DNA of 64,000 nucleotides from Escherichia phage vB_EcoS-26175I: the sequence record NC_133255.1, one strand, 5' to 3'. The notes under the pieces are model-generated. The model was not told where the DNA came from, ran no database searches, and saw nothing but the letters and a program-made list of their open reading frames with translations. Position 1 is the first letter of the stretch; each line of letters begins with the position of its first letter. Positions 35,975-45,545 of the stretch are shown here, one piece after another. Made by a program: the position numbers and the translations under genes.

Positions 35975-36003
35975 AGTAGTCTTAGTTAGAGAAGGAGAGT
36001 ATA

Positions 36004-37878
36004 ATGAATCGCAATGAAGAACTAAAGTATAAAGGAATGCAGTCCTTGATTCGAAACTGCAAAGAAATTATCGAAGGTTCAGCAGATGAAGAGCTGCTGT
36101 TTAATAATGCCAATAAGCCCTCAGAACGTTTCCCTACACAAAGGGATATGCTTGCAGGGGAATTGAGTAAATATCTGATTCTGGAAGAAATGCCAATCCA
36201 GATTCGAAATGCTCACATGATTGGTGATATTCACTTCCATGATGCTGATTACGCTGCGTTAGGTATGACTAACTGTTGCCTGGTTGCTTTGGAAGATATG
36301 TTGAAGAATGGTATGAAGGTTGGTAATGCTGAAATCAGTACACCAAACTCTATTACTACTGCGGCTGCTATCACAGCTCAGATTATCACTCAGGTTAGTT
36401 CACATCAATATGGTGGTACTTCTGTAGACCGATTAGATGAAGTACTGGCTCCTTATGTTCGTAAGTCTTATGATAAGAATCATGCGTTTGCAAAACGTTG
36501 GACTAAGGATGAAGCCAAAGCATCTGTAATGGCTACGGAAATGACTGAGAAAGAAGTTTACGATGCCTGTCAGGGCCTGGAGTATGAAATCAATACGATG
36601 TTCAACTCTAATGGTCAGAGTCCATTTATTACCTTTGGTTTTGGTCTAGGAACTTCCTGGGAAGCACGTCTTGTACAGAAAGCAATCTTAGAAGTGCGTA
36701 TGGATGGTTTGGGTATCAATAAACGTACAGCTATCTTCCCTAAACTGGTATTTGTTTTGCGTGATGGCGTAAACATGAAACCTGGTGATGTTAACTATGA
36801 TATCAAGAAGTTAGCTATGAAATGTACTGCCGAACGTATGTACCCCGACTATATCAGTTATGATAAGGTTGTAGAAGTTACTGGTGACTATAAAGTCTCT
36901 ATGGGTTGTCGTTCATTCCTGGCTGCTGCGGAAGATGGTGAAACTTCTGGTCGTAACAACTTAGGCGTTGTTTCCGTAAACCTTCCTCGAATCGCTATCG
37001 AAGCAGAAGGAAATATTGATCTATTCTTCGATCTGCTTGAGCTGCGTGTGGATACCGCGTTAAAAGCATTGGAGTGGAGGGTTGATCGCTTAAAATACAT
37101 TCAAGCTAAAGCTGCGCCCATCCTCTATATGTCAGGAGCCTTTGGATTACGTCTGGGACCCGATGAATATGTATTTGATCATTTCTACAAGCGTGCTTCT
37201 GTATCTCTAGGATATATTGGTTGCCACGAAATGTTGCAGCTCATGTTTGGTAAAGATGTAGATACAATGTCTGAGTCTTGTATCAAGTTCGTTCAACGTG
37301 TGCTACAATATATGCGTGATCGTGCTGATCAGAAGAAGGAAGAGACTCAGTTAGGTTATAGTCTGTATGCTACACCATCTGAATCTCTGTGTGATCGCTT
37401 CTGTCGTCTAGACCGTGAGTACTTCCCAGAGCATGAGGATATTCTGGCTAAAGGATACTACACTAACTCCCATCACCTTGATGTAGAACGTAAGGTTGCT
37501 CCAAATGTGAAATTTGATTATGAGTCTAACTTTACTCCTATTGCTTCTGGTGGGTGCATTTCCTACGTGGAATTACCTGACATGAAGAAATTCCCAGATG
37601 CCCTAGAATGGGTAATTAACTATGCTGCAAGTAAAGTTCACTACTTTGGTATTAATACTCCAGTTGATTCTTGTGGTGAGTGTGGATTCTTAGGCGAAAC
37701 AATTGCTTCTGAAGATGGATTTAAATGCCCAATTTGTGGCAACCATGATCCTGAGACTCTTGAGGTAACACGTCGTGTTTGTGGGTACCTTGGTAATCCA
37801 GGTGCACGCCCATTTAACCCAGGTAAACAGCATGAGGTTATGGGACGAATCAAGCATGCAGATGTAAGAGCTAAATAA
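36004..37878 (+). CDS. nrdD: anaerobic ribonucleoside-triphosphate reductase (class III)
   Basis: 624 aa; C-terminal Zn ribbon CGECG...CPICG and glycyl radical motif RRVCGYLG; consensus promoter and RBS upstream. Confidence 0.9.
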   Translation: MNRNEELKYKGMQSLIRNCKEIIEGSADEELLFNNANKPSERFPTQRDMLAGELSKYLILEEMPIQIRNAHMIGDIHFHDADYAALGMTNCCLVALEDMLKNGMKVGNAEISTPNSITTAAAITAQIITQVSSHQYGGTSVDRLDEVLAPYVRKSYDKNHAFAKRWTKDEAKASVMATEMTEKEVYDACQGLEYEINTMFNSNGQSPFITFGFGLGTSWEARLVQKAILEVRMDGLGINKRTAIFPKLVFVLRDGVNMKPGDVNYDIKKLAMKCTAERMYPDYISYDKVVEVTGDYKVSMGCRSFLAAAEDGETSGRNNLGVVSVNLPRIAIEAEGNIDLFFDLLELRVDTALKALEWRVDRLKYIQAKAAPILYMSGAFGLRLGPDEYVFDHFYKRASVSLGYIGCHEMLQLMFGKDVDTMSESCIKFVQRVLQYMRDRADQKKEETQLGYSLYATPSESLCDRFCRLDREYFPEHEDILAKGYYTNSHHLDVERKVAPNVKFDYESNFTPIASGGCISYVELPDMKKFPDALEWVINYAASKVHYFGINTPVDSCGECGFLGETIASEDGFKCPICGNHDPETLEVTRRVCGYLGNPGARPFNPGKQHEVMGRIKHADVRAK

Positions 37879-37910
37879 TGAATCAGCCAGGTCGCTAGTC
37901 GATCTGGCTT
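37874..37910 (+). terminator. rho-independent terminator after nrdD
   Basis: inverted repeat gccag...ctggc followed by ttttatttt. Confidence 0.5.
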
Positions 37911-37919
37911 TTATTTTAC

Positions 37920-37948
37920 TTGCTTTCTAGCTAAAACTTATGTATAAT
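37920..37948 (+). promoter_or_regulatory. sigma70 promoter with extended -10 (TGTATAAT)
   Basis: ttgctt 37920-37925, tataat 37943-37948. Confidence 0.55.
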
Positions 37949-37977
37949 TGATTTATAAATTTGAGAGGAGAAAACGA

Positions 37978-38196
37978 ATGGCAAAAGTACCACAAGAATT
38001 TACGGATGGAATTAAGGCAGATCTAGATGTAATGCTAATGGCCCAATGGGAGTCTGGCTTCCGAGATGGAATTGATTGTTGTGTGGCCGTGCTCGATACT
38101 ATTAGTTGGCAGCTTATTCAATCTGGAAATGATGCAGAAGGCAACCTTCTAGCTAACCTTTCTAAACAAATTAGGGAAATGAAATGCGCAGATTAA
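37978..38196 (+). CDS. hypothetical small protein
   Basis: SD GAGAGGAG before ATG 37978; promoter 37920-37948. Confidence 0.3.
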   Translation: MAKVPQEFTDGIKADLDVMLMAQWESGFRDGIDCCVAVLDTISWQLIQSGNDAEGNLLANLSKQIREMKCAD

Positions 38197-39035
38197 TTAT
38201 TGTTAGTGGTGCAGGTTTGAGTGTAGACAGTGGTGTTCGTGCTTTCCGTACTGATACTTCTAGTGGAAAATCTTTGTGGGATGAGTACGATCTAGAGGAA
38301 GTATGTAGCTTGCCTAACTTTGAAGCTGGCTTCCGTCGCTTCTGTGGTGAAGATGATCCTAACTACTTCAGTGCTCGTTTCCCTGGCATTGATGAAGATG
38401 GTAACGATCTGTATCTCAAGACTCATGAGTTCTACAACATGCGTCGTCAGGAATTACAGACTGTTGAGCCTAACATTGCCCATCTGCGAATTGCAGAATG
38501 GTTCCAGCGTTATGGTGCGGATAGCGTGAAGAACTTCACTACTAACGTTGATGACCTTCTGGAACGTGCTGGTATCCCTCGTGATGAAATCATCCATGCT
38601 CACGGATACTTGAAAGAGGTGATCTATCGTCGGGGTCGCAATCAAATCATCGAAGATGTTGGATACACTGCAATTGTTCCTGAAGATTACGAATGGGTAA
38701 AACCAAACGTGGTGTTCTTTGGTGAGACAGCTCCGTGGTACATGGGTCAAATCAACCTGTTTGATACTCTTACTAGCAATGACATGGTTATTGTGGTGGG
38801 TTGTAGTAACCAAGTTATCAACTTCAACTGGGAATTATTTCCTGCTGTATGTCGTGGAACTAAGATGATGGTTGTTAACCCACAAGTTCGTTATGACGAG
38901 CAGCTTGAGTATGAGAAACGTGGTGTTACTGTATGGCGTGCTGGAGCTGCCGAAGTTTTTGGTAACAAGCATTTCATTGATCAAGTTGAAGCCTTTATGG
39001 AAGGAACTATTTATGCACCAGAAAAACATAGGTGA
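38184..39035 (+). CDS. Sir2-family (sirtuin-like) NAD-dependent protein, no zinc-ribbon module
   Basis: GAGLSVDSGVRAFR (cf. GAGISxxSGIPxFR), TTNVDDL, HAHG, KPNVVFFGE, VIVVGCS; the four Zn-binding Cys are absent. Confidence 0.6.
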   Translation: MRRLIIVSGAGLSVDSGVRAFRTDTSSGKSLWDEYDLEEVCSLPNFEAGFRRFCGEDDPNYFSARFPGIDEDGNDLYLKTHEFYNMRRQELQTVEPNIAHLRIAEWFQRYGADSVKNFTTNVDDLLERAGIPRDEIIHAHGYLKEVIYRRGRNQIIEDVGYTAIVPEDYEWVKPNVVFFGETAPWYMGQINLFDTLTSNDMVIVVGCSNQVINFNWELFPAVCRGTKMMVVNPQVRYDEQLEYEKRGVTVWRAGAAEVFGNKHFIDQVEAFMEGTIYAPEKHR

Positions 39036-39175
39036 TCTTTTAGTATGGCCGGATGGTAGTTGGTGCTACCGTTTCGAATTTGCTACCGATGACTTCTCAT
39101 GGAAGAGTGATGATTTCTGCGTTATCTACGAAGATACAGCGGAATGGAAAGAATTCCTGATTAAGGAGGGAGAAT

Positions 39176-39361
39176 ATGGTGAAGAAGATTTTTAAGGGTA
39201 TCTGGAAAGGTCTAGTATGGTTTGTCAACCTAATTGGTATGATTACCATTTATTCTCTGTTCCTATCTGTTATGTGGGGTAAAGGTGAACTGAAGGTTCC
39301 GGTTCCTTTTACTAATGAAGTTAAAGTCTGGACGTGGGATGCTACTGGTGGAAATAAGTAA
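39176..39361 (+). CDS. small membrane protein
   Basis: 61 aa with one TM helix. Confidence 0.3.
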   Translation: MVKKIFKGIWKGLVWFVNLIGMITIYSLFLSVMWGKGELKVPVPFTNEVKVWTWDATGGNK

Positions 39362-39854
39362 TACTCCTGTGATTTTCCTGGATATTGATGGGGTGCTCAA
39401 TTCGAGCATCTCTCACCATCATGCTCCAGATAATGAAAAGCTGTTCTTTGGCAGTGATTGGGTTTATAAACCGTTACTCCAGGCTTTTCAGAACTTCCTT
39501 AAACCTTCTCCAATAATGATTGTTGGGGTATCTTCATGGTTTTCTGTACGAAACGAGATGGAGAACGTTCAGATTATGACCGGGCTCGGTTTGATCGATC
39601 GTTTTCTTGGTACAACAGATTTTACTGGTGGCGGTTTATCTCGTGGTAATTCTGTCTTACGTTTCGTAGAAAAACATAAGCTCAAGCATTGGTGCGTCCT
39701 AGATGATGCTGGTGCTATGATGTATCAATTTCCTACTGTTATTGTAAATGGCAGGACTGGAATAAACTTTCAAGATTTAAATGCTATCAGCTATACGCTG
39801 GAATTTAGTCCAGATCTTGAAATGTGTAAGGCTCTTCAGAAACTCAAGGTGTAG
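39339..39854 (+). CDS. HAD-superfamily phosphatase (possible nucleotidase)
   Basis: HAD motif I FLDIDGVLN near N-terminus. Confidence 0.5.
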   Translation: MLLVEISNTPVIFLDIDGVLNSSISHHHAPDNEKLFFGSDWVYKPLLQAFQNFLKPSPIMIVGVSSWFSVRNEMENVQIMTGLGLIDRFLGTTDFTGGGLSRGNSVLRFVEKHKLKHWCVLDDAGAMMYQFPTVIVNGRTGINFQDLNAISYTLEFSPDLEMCKALQKLKV

Positions 39855-39856
39855 AT

Positions 39857-40285
39857 ATGTTCGATAATCTTTTCATGAAAGAGGTAAACCCTATGCTTCT
39901 CAACTTCTGGCGTTCTCTCCCTAATGGTATGTACAATGAAACCATCAATCTGCTTAAGATTTGGTGTGAGAATAACGATATCTTCTTATCCTTTAAAGGC
40001 CCACTAGAGGAAGCTCCGTGTATTGGAGTTAGTGTGGATTTAGGGGAGGGAGTAGAAGAAATTGTGGACTGGAAAGAACTCGATGAAATGGGTCTGGTTT
40101 TTGCCTTGAACCATAAGCTGTTTATGCCTGCAAATCACCGTCTTATTGTAAATTATCGCACTGGTGAAGCTCCTGCTTTCCAGGTAAATGAACGTGAGGG
40201 CTGGTCATATTCGCCCGAGGAAGTAAATGAGGGGATTCAGAAACTTCGTCGTTTCGGGTATATGATCCCAGGTTTAACTGCTTAA
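39857..40285 (+). CDS. acidic protein, tandem paralog A
   Basis: shares W-EL--MGL--ALN...TGE-P...PGL pattern with next ORF. Confidence 0.4.
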   Translation: MFDNLFMKEVNPMLLNFWRSLPNGMYNETINLLKIWCENNDIFLSFKGPLEEAPCIGVSVDLGEGVEEIVDWKELDEMGLVFALNHKLFMPANHRLIVNYRTGEAPAFQVNEREGWSYSPEEVNEGIQKLRRFGYMIPGLTA

Positions 40286-40294
40286 GGAGGCAGA

Positions 40295-40690
40295 ATGGAA
40301 CAAGTATTTTGGCGTCAGATAGATCCTAGTTTGGTAGAGCGTGCTGAAGGGCTCCTTGCACGTTGGTTGGGGGTTGACAAGGTTAGTGTAACATTTCCGT
40401 TTACTTCTGTAACAGACCCTAGTGTAGGTGTCTTTGTGGACGAAGATGAAGATGATGGTTGGGAAGCTGACTGGAATGAATTGTCCAGCATGGGCTTGAT
40501 TGTTGCCCTCAACTTCTCTATATTCCATCCACGTGGCTTAGCCATTACACGTGACCCCGAGACTGGTGAATCCCCTTATCTTTTGCAAGTAGAAGATGAT
40601 ATTTGGGAGTACACCGAAGATATTCTCGAAGAAGCTAAAGGTCAATTAAATCTCATTGGAATCTATGTCCCAGGCCTAAATGTTGATTGA
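40295..40690 (+). CDS. acidic protein, tandem paralog B
   Basis: paralogous to 39857-40285; terminator-like hairpin downstream. Confidence 0.4.
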   Translation: MEQVFWRQIDPSLVERAEGLLARWLGVDKVSVTFPFTSVTDPSVGVFVDEDEDDGWEADWNELSSMGLIVALNFSIFHPRGLAITRDPETGESPYLLQVEDDIWEYTEDILEEAKGQLNLIGIYVPGLNVD

Positions 40691-40781
40691 TTTTCATTAG
40701 TTCAATCCTGATTACCGAGTCATTTTGGCTCGGTTTTCTCCGTGCTCAAAGACACTGATAGCACCTTCGGAAAAATTTTAC

Positions 40782-40810
40782 TTGCAGGATGCTCAAAATC
40801 TTGGTATAAT
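40782..40810 (+). promoter_or_regulatory. sigma70 promoter with extended -10 (TGgTATAAT)
   Basis: ttgcag 40782-40787, tataat 40805-40810; followed by ~590-nt leader. Confidence 0.55.
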
Positions 40811-41402
40811 ATTTATATTGAATTGAGAGACATTAGTAAAAATTGATTTTGCTAATTTTTCTTAATGAAGCTGACAATGGATTTACGGCGAGAGCGATCG
40901 ATGACCCGTAAATAGCTGCATAAGGTACGTTGCTAGAGCTTTATGAAAAAGTTTTTCTTGTTTACAATCCGCAATACGGAACAGTTAGGCTGCCCCATTA
41001 AAGGTTGTTTTAACTATTACTAGTGTTTATACTGCATTAGTTAATTATCAATTAAGTGATCTGCGTACCCTGAATTCGGAAAGGTAAATCCAAACCGTGC
41101 ATATTTAGCTCGTTATATAGGCAGAGCTTTATATGGGGGTGCGAACGAAAAGAGCAGCGAATGGTGACACGTCCAGTAGCCACCTACCAATAGGATAGTG
41201 AGGGCAATCAGAATCGGCTTAGCGGCCAATGACCTAGGTTCTGATCTGGATAAGAGTTAAGAGAGCGCAGCACTGAGGTATGATAACTTATTCATACTGC
41301 TTGATGATGATTAATGTTTGTGTAAATGGTAGTAATAGTTGTTCTATTCTTTTGAATAGTCCTAAAGAAAGATATCCGAATAACCAACATAGGAGTATTG
41401 TT

Positions 41403-44192
41403 GTGTTCTCAATCCTACAAGGTCACGCAGGATTTTCCAGAGATAAAGCCACTGGCATCTGGAAAGAGATCAAAGTGGAAGATTACACCTTTGCAAAGCG
41501 ATTCTCTAAAGAGCATCCAGAAGGTAAACCAGCTTCCATGCCCTTCAAATTTGACGTACTTGAAGAACTTGACCCGCAAAACCTTGCTGAAATGTTACCT
41601 ATCATGCGTCGTCTTACCAAAGATCCGCATATTGTAGCTATTCGTGGTAAATGTCTAGCTCCAAAAGATAATGTGCGTCGTACCAGAGGAAACTTTAACG
41701 TATCCAATCCTAGTCATATTATTGCTATGGACGTGGATGGTATTGTAGATACTGGTGGCTATGACAAGTTTAATCTTGTTGGCATGGCACGTCATATTAT
41801 TAAGATGTTGAATAGTATTAGTGAGGATATGTTTCCTCTTGATGCAGGGTTTATTGCCCATGCATCGTCTTCGGCTGGATTAAAACCAGGTATCCGAATG
41901 CACTTAATGCTAGAATCTAATGTCAAGGTAACGCAGGGACAGTTAAAGTTCTTATTTACATCTATCAATGATAGTAGTAAGCAAAAGTACGGCTTTGATA
42001 TTGCTGACTTAGCTTATTATTCTTCTGTTCAGCTTCACTATTTCGCAGATCCCTTATTTGATGATGGTATAGTCGATCCGTTTAAAGCGGAGAATAAACC
42101 ACGTCTTGTGTATGTTAAGGGTTCGAAGGTGAATCTACCTAATAACCTAGTTGACTTTGAGACAACTAGAGGTGAGTTTAAAGAAGAATTCTATTCCTTA
42201 CTTGACCAAATTAAAGGCAAGAAGGCTGCATCTGATAAAGTGGAAGAAACCATCAGCGAACTAGAAGAAGCTGAGGATGGAGTGTACCTGCGTATTATCC
42301 CAAAGCTGTATCACAGAGCATTGGAAGATGGTGTGGACTTCGCATGGTTAGAAAAGGAGATTAAACCAGCCTTATCTGAGTATATTGCAACTAAGGATAA
42401 TAGTCGTAACATTCAAGATTACTTTAATAACGGTCGTAAGCAGGCTCTCAAAGCCTTTGTAAATAACTCCAAACGTGAGATTCCACCAAACTTAAAAGGT
42501 GTACCATTAAAACGTCTAGATACAGATTCACCACCAGAAGTTCCATACCTGAAAATTAACATTGTACCACCAAAAGGACATTTAACATTTGTTAAGGCAA
42601 GTCTTGGTACGGGTAAAACTACAGCAGTAACTAAGTGGCTAGATGCAGGTGTTCTTCCAGGAAACTTTATTGCAATCACGAATACTAGGGCACTTGTATC
42701 TTCAAACGCGAAGAAATTCAGTGCTGGCCAGTATGATAAGTCAGTTGATATGCTAAACTTCAAACGTGGTGCTATTGATCGTATGTCTTCAACTATTCAC
42801 TCTATCCATAAGTTCAAGAGCTTTGTGGGTCAGATTGATACGATCTTTATTGATGAATGTGATGCAGTAATGAATGATCTGTTATTCGCTCCGGTTGTTA
42901 AAAACCGTCGTGAATGTATTCAGGTTCTTCGTGATATCCTTATTACTGCTAAAACTGTTATCTTATCTGATGGTGATATCAGTGCAGAAACGATTGAAGC
43001 CTATGGTTCTTTGATTGATTTTGATAAACCAGTTGCATTCTATAATCATCACCGTAAAATGCTGGCGAAAGCTCACGCTTATGAATTCCCTGACGAATCC
43101 AGTATTTGGGTTGCACTTCAAACATCTCTAGAGATGGGGGAGAAGTCAATCCTAGTATCTGACTGTGGACCGGATGAACTGAATGAAAAGGGAATGGCGT
43201 TACGTCGTAATACTGGTGCGTTAGTTAAAGAAATTCACTCAAACTCTACATCTGATGTAGATATCCGACGTATTCTGGATTATACAACTAATGAGCTAAT
43301 TGATCAACAGATTGATTGTTTGTTATGTAGTCCATCTGTAACGAGTGGTGTTGACTTTAACTATTTTGATAACGTATTCGTAATCACTAGAACCTCAAAC
43401 CAAGCGCCAAACATGCGTTTCCAAGCAATCAGGCGCGACCGTGGTGCTCAGAATATCTATTACTTCATTGATAAGTCTACAAGTGGATTTTCTGCGGGTT
43501 CCGAGCAGTATAATATTGATGAAGGTTGGATTGAGTTAGCCCAACAACTGTACGCACGTCGTCGTGAGCTGGAATCTAAAAACTATACTAGTACTTTGCG
43601 TTATTATCTACTTGATCAGGGTGCAACTATTGATATTTTCAGTGAAAGCTGGGGAACTATCGAAGGTGCAGGCAAAGAGTATACAGAAGAGCGAATCAAA
43701 GCTATTTTGTACTCAACTCCTGAATATTGCGCACCACGTCATGCAGATGCCTATGAAGCCAAGATACTTCTGGTTCGCTATTATCATCTGGATTCTATTA
43801 AAGATGTAACAGTGGAACACGTTGAACAGTATATCAAGGATAAACCGAATGATCGAGCTGCATTTTTCCATAAGATGCACGAGATGTTCTGGGAAGATAT
43901 TAAAAAGTGTTCAAACGTAACAATCAAACCGTTTATCGAAGCTCTTAAGAATAAGAAGAAGGATTTCTTCCTTAAGACAGGTCAGAGCGCTAACCCAAAA
44001 TATGCTCGTATGTATCTTGGCATGATGGGTATCGGTAAAGATCTGGATACGGAAAAGATTGTGGACTGGTACAGAACTTACTGTAAGATCGAATGTATGC
44101 CGATTCCAGTTAAGTTTATGACAGATGAAGAACGTCAGATGCATGAGGAAGCTCTTGCTGAATTGGGAGCTAGAAATGACAGTGAAGAATAA
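41403..44192 (+). CDS. large P-loop NTPase/helicase-like replication protein
   Basis: Walker A ASLGTGKTTAV and Walker B IFIDECD; probable GTG start at 41403 after SD AGGAG (longest ORF begins 41280). Confidence 0.55.
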   Translation: MFSILQGHAGFSRDKATGIWKEIKVEDYTFAKRFSKEHPEGKPASMPFKFDVLEELDPQNLAEMLPIMRRLTKDPHIVAIRGKCLAPKDNVRRTRGNFNVSNPSHIIAMDVDGIVDTGGYDKFNLVGMARHIIKMLNSISEDMFPLDAGFIAHASSSAGLKPGIRMHLMLESNVKVTQGQLKFLFTSINDSSKQKYGFDIADLAYYSSVQLHYFADPLFDDGIVDPFKAENKPRLVYVKGSKVNLPNNLVDFETTRGEFKEEFYSLLDQIKGKKAASDKVEETISELEEAEDGVYLRIIPKLYHRALEDGVDFAWLEKEIKPALSEYIATKDNSRNIQDYFNNGRKQALKAFVNNSKREIPPNLKGVPLKRLDTDSPPEVPYLKINIVPPKGHLTFVKASLGTGKTTAVTKWLDAGVLPGNFIAITNTRALVSSNAKKFSAGQYDKSVDMLNFKRGAIDRMSSTIHSIHKFKSFVGQIDTIFIDECDAVMNDLLFAPVVKNRRECIQVLRDILITAKTVILSDGDISAETIEAYGSLIDFDKPVAFYNHHRKMLAKAHAYEFPDESSIWVALQTSLEMGEKSILVSDCGPDELNEKGMALRRNTGALVKEIHSNSTSDVDIRRILDYTTNELIDQQIDCLLCSPSVTSGVDFNYFDNVFVITRTSNQAPNMRFQAIRRDRGAQNIYYFIDKSTSGFSAGSEQYNIDEGWIELAQQLYARRRELESKNYTSTLRYYLLDQGATIDIFSESWGTIEGAGKEYTEERIKAILYSTPEYCAPRHADAYEAKILLVRYYHLDSIKDVTVEHVEQYIKDKPNDRAAFFHKMHEMFWEDIKKCSNVTIKPFIEALKNKKKDFFLKTGQSANPKYARMYLGMMGIGKDLDTEKIVDWYRTYCKIECMPIPVKFMTDEERQMHEEALAELGARNDSEE

Positions 44193-44409
44193 AAAGTGGG
44201 AAACAAGGAAGTTTCCAGTAAAAGAACGTAAAACTTCTGTTTACGATACCGCGGAGAAACTATGTAGGGTTGTACCACCTCGTCTCGCTGGCATCCCTAA
44301 CGTCTCCATATGGTTACTTAAACAACGGAAGACTCGTGTGTCTCTTCGCATTGGCTTTGAGTTAGATAAAGTCTATGCTGAACTTGCTTCTTTGCTCAAA
44401 GAATCATAA
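44176..44409 (+). CDS. hypothetical small protein
   Basis: overlaps stop of upstream gene. Confidence 0.3.
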   Translation: MTVKNKKWETRKFPVKERKTSVYDTAEKLCRVVPPRLAGIPNVSIWLLKQRKTRVSLRIGFELDKVYAELASLLKES

Positions 44410-44416
44410 AAATTTA

Positions 44417-44445
44417 TTTGCTTTCAGGAAAAATTTTCTGTATAA
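44417..44445 (+). promoter_or_regulatory. sigma70 promoter
   Basis: ttgctt about 44418-44423, tgtataat ending 44445; SD GAGAGAGGAG. Confidence 0.5.
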
Positions 44446-44477
44446 TAGATTCATAAATTTGAGAGAGGAGTTTAAAT

Positions 44478-45182
44478 ATGGCTGGTTCTCGTAGAAAGAA
44501 ACTTATCCATGAAATCCCTGATGAAACCTTTAAAAAGGTTATTGAACATCTGGAGAATGGTGGTACTAAGAAAGCAGCATGTGAAATGCTCGGTGTTTCT
44601 TCTAACCCAACTATGGAACGAATGATCGAAGAATGGAGAGATCGTCAGGTTCAGGTTGCGGAAATGAAAAAGAAGAAGCGCGGAACACTGATTGAAGGTG
44701 TTGAGCTTGCAAACGTAATTGAACAGTATCTTTCTGGTGATTCTTTTGAAGAAATTGCTGATCGTAACTATCGTTCTGTAGCGATGATTAAATCTGTTCT
44801 GGAACGTTATGGTGCTCTGCTTCGTTTAAACGATATTGTTGATCCATTGAATCCTCCATTGATTCCTGATGATGCGATGGCAGAAGAATTTGAAGTTGGT
44901 GAACTTGTTTGGGTTCCTGGATATCAGTGTATTGGTGAAATCAAGAAAGCAATGACTAATCCAGTTGGTTGCTATCGTGTTTGGTTGTTATCAGAAGGTA
45001 AACAACAGAACGTTCACTATATGCACTACGAATTAGCTTCTGTTAAACATCTGGAAAAGCTGGGTGTTGATGTTAAGGCTCTGGGCTTTAAGTGGAGTCG
45101 TGAAGAAGTTATCACGTTGGTTAATGAAGCTGTTAAAGCTGCCTTGAAACTCGATAAAGAGAAAGGAAAACGCCGTGAGTAA
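44478..45182 (+). CDS. HTH-domain DNA-binding protein
   Basis: N-terminal HTH-like TKKAACEMLGVS; promoter 44417-44445. Confidence 0.4.
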   Translation: MAGSRRKKLIHEIPDETFKKVIEHLENGGTKKAACEMLGVSSNPTMERMIEEWRDRQVQVAEMKKKKRGTLIEGVELANVIEQYLSGDSFEEIADRNYRSVAMIKSVLERYGALLRLNDIVDPLNPPLIPDDAMAEEFEVGELVWVPGYQCIGEIKKAMTNPVGCYRVWLLSEGKQQNVHYMHYELASVKHLEKLGVDVKALGFKWSREEVITLVNEAVKAALKLDKEKGKRRE

Positions 45183-45438
45183 ACTAACTGATCTGTTAAA
45201 AGCTGGAGACGTAAAATATCTCCAGCGAGATAGTTGGGTTAACTGGGATGTTCGTAGCTGCTACTCTACCATTATAAAGGTAGATGTTGATAATAATGAT
45301 ATTATCGAATTTACTTGGTGGCCTGATGTAGATGGATATACTAATCTCTCTTTTGAGAAAGCATCGTGGAAAACCACTGAGCTGACTCTAGACGAAGCTC
45401 TGGCCGACGATTGGGAGATCATTGAACTAGATGTGTAG
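45175..45438 (+). CDS. hypothetical protein
   Basis: 87 aa ORF, translationally coupled. Confidence 0.3.
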   Translation: MSKLTDLLKAGDVKYLQRDSWVNWDVRSCYSTIIKVDVDNNDIIEFTWWPDVDGYTNLSFEKASWKTTELTLDEALADDWEIIELDV

Positions 45439-45458
45439 CAGTTACTGAAAAATTTCAG

Positions 45459-45487
45459 TTGCTTAATCCTGTAATTCTTGATATAAT
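45459..45487 (+). promoter_or_regulatory. sigma70 promoter
   Basis: ttgctt 45459-45464, tataat 45482-45487. Confidence 0.55.
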
Positions 45488-45545
45488 ATTCTCATAGTTT
45501 GAAAGAACTATTCTGTTTAATTCTTAATTAAGGAAATCGAAAAAT

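Noticed and set aside
41280-41402. ATG at 41280 as start of the large helicase-like gene
   Set aside because: The SD-like GAGG is only 1 nt from that ATG, whereas an in-frame GTG at 41403 follows a well-spaced AGGAG; the first 40 codons are also Cys/Asn-rich and atypical.
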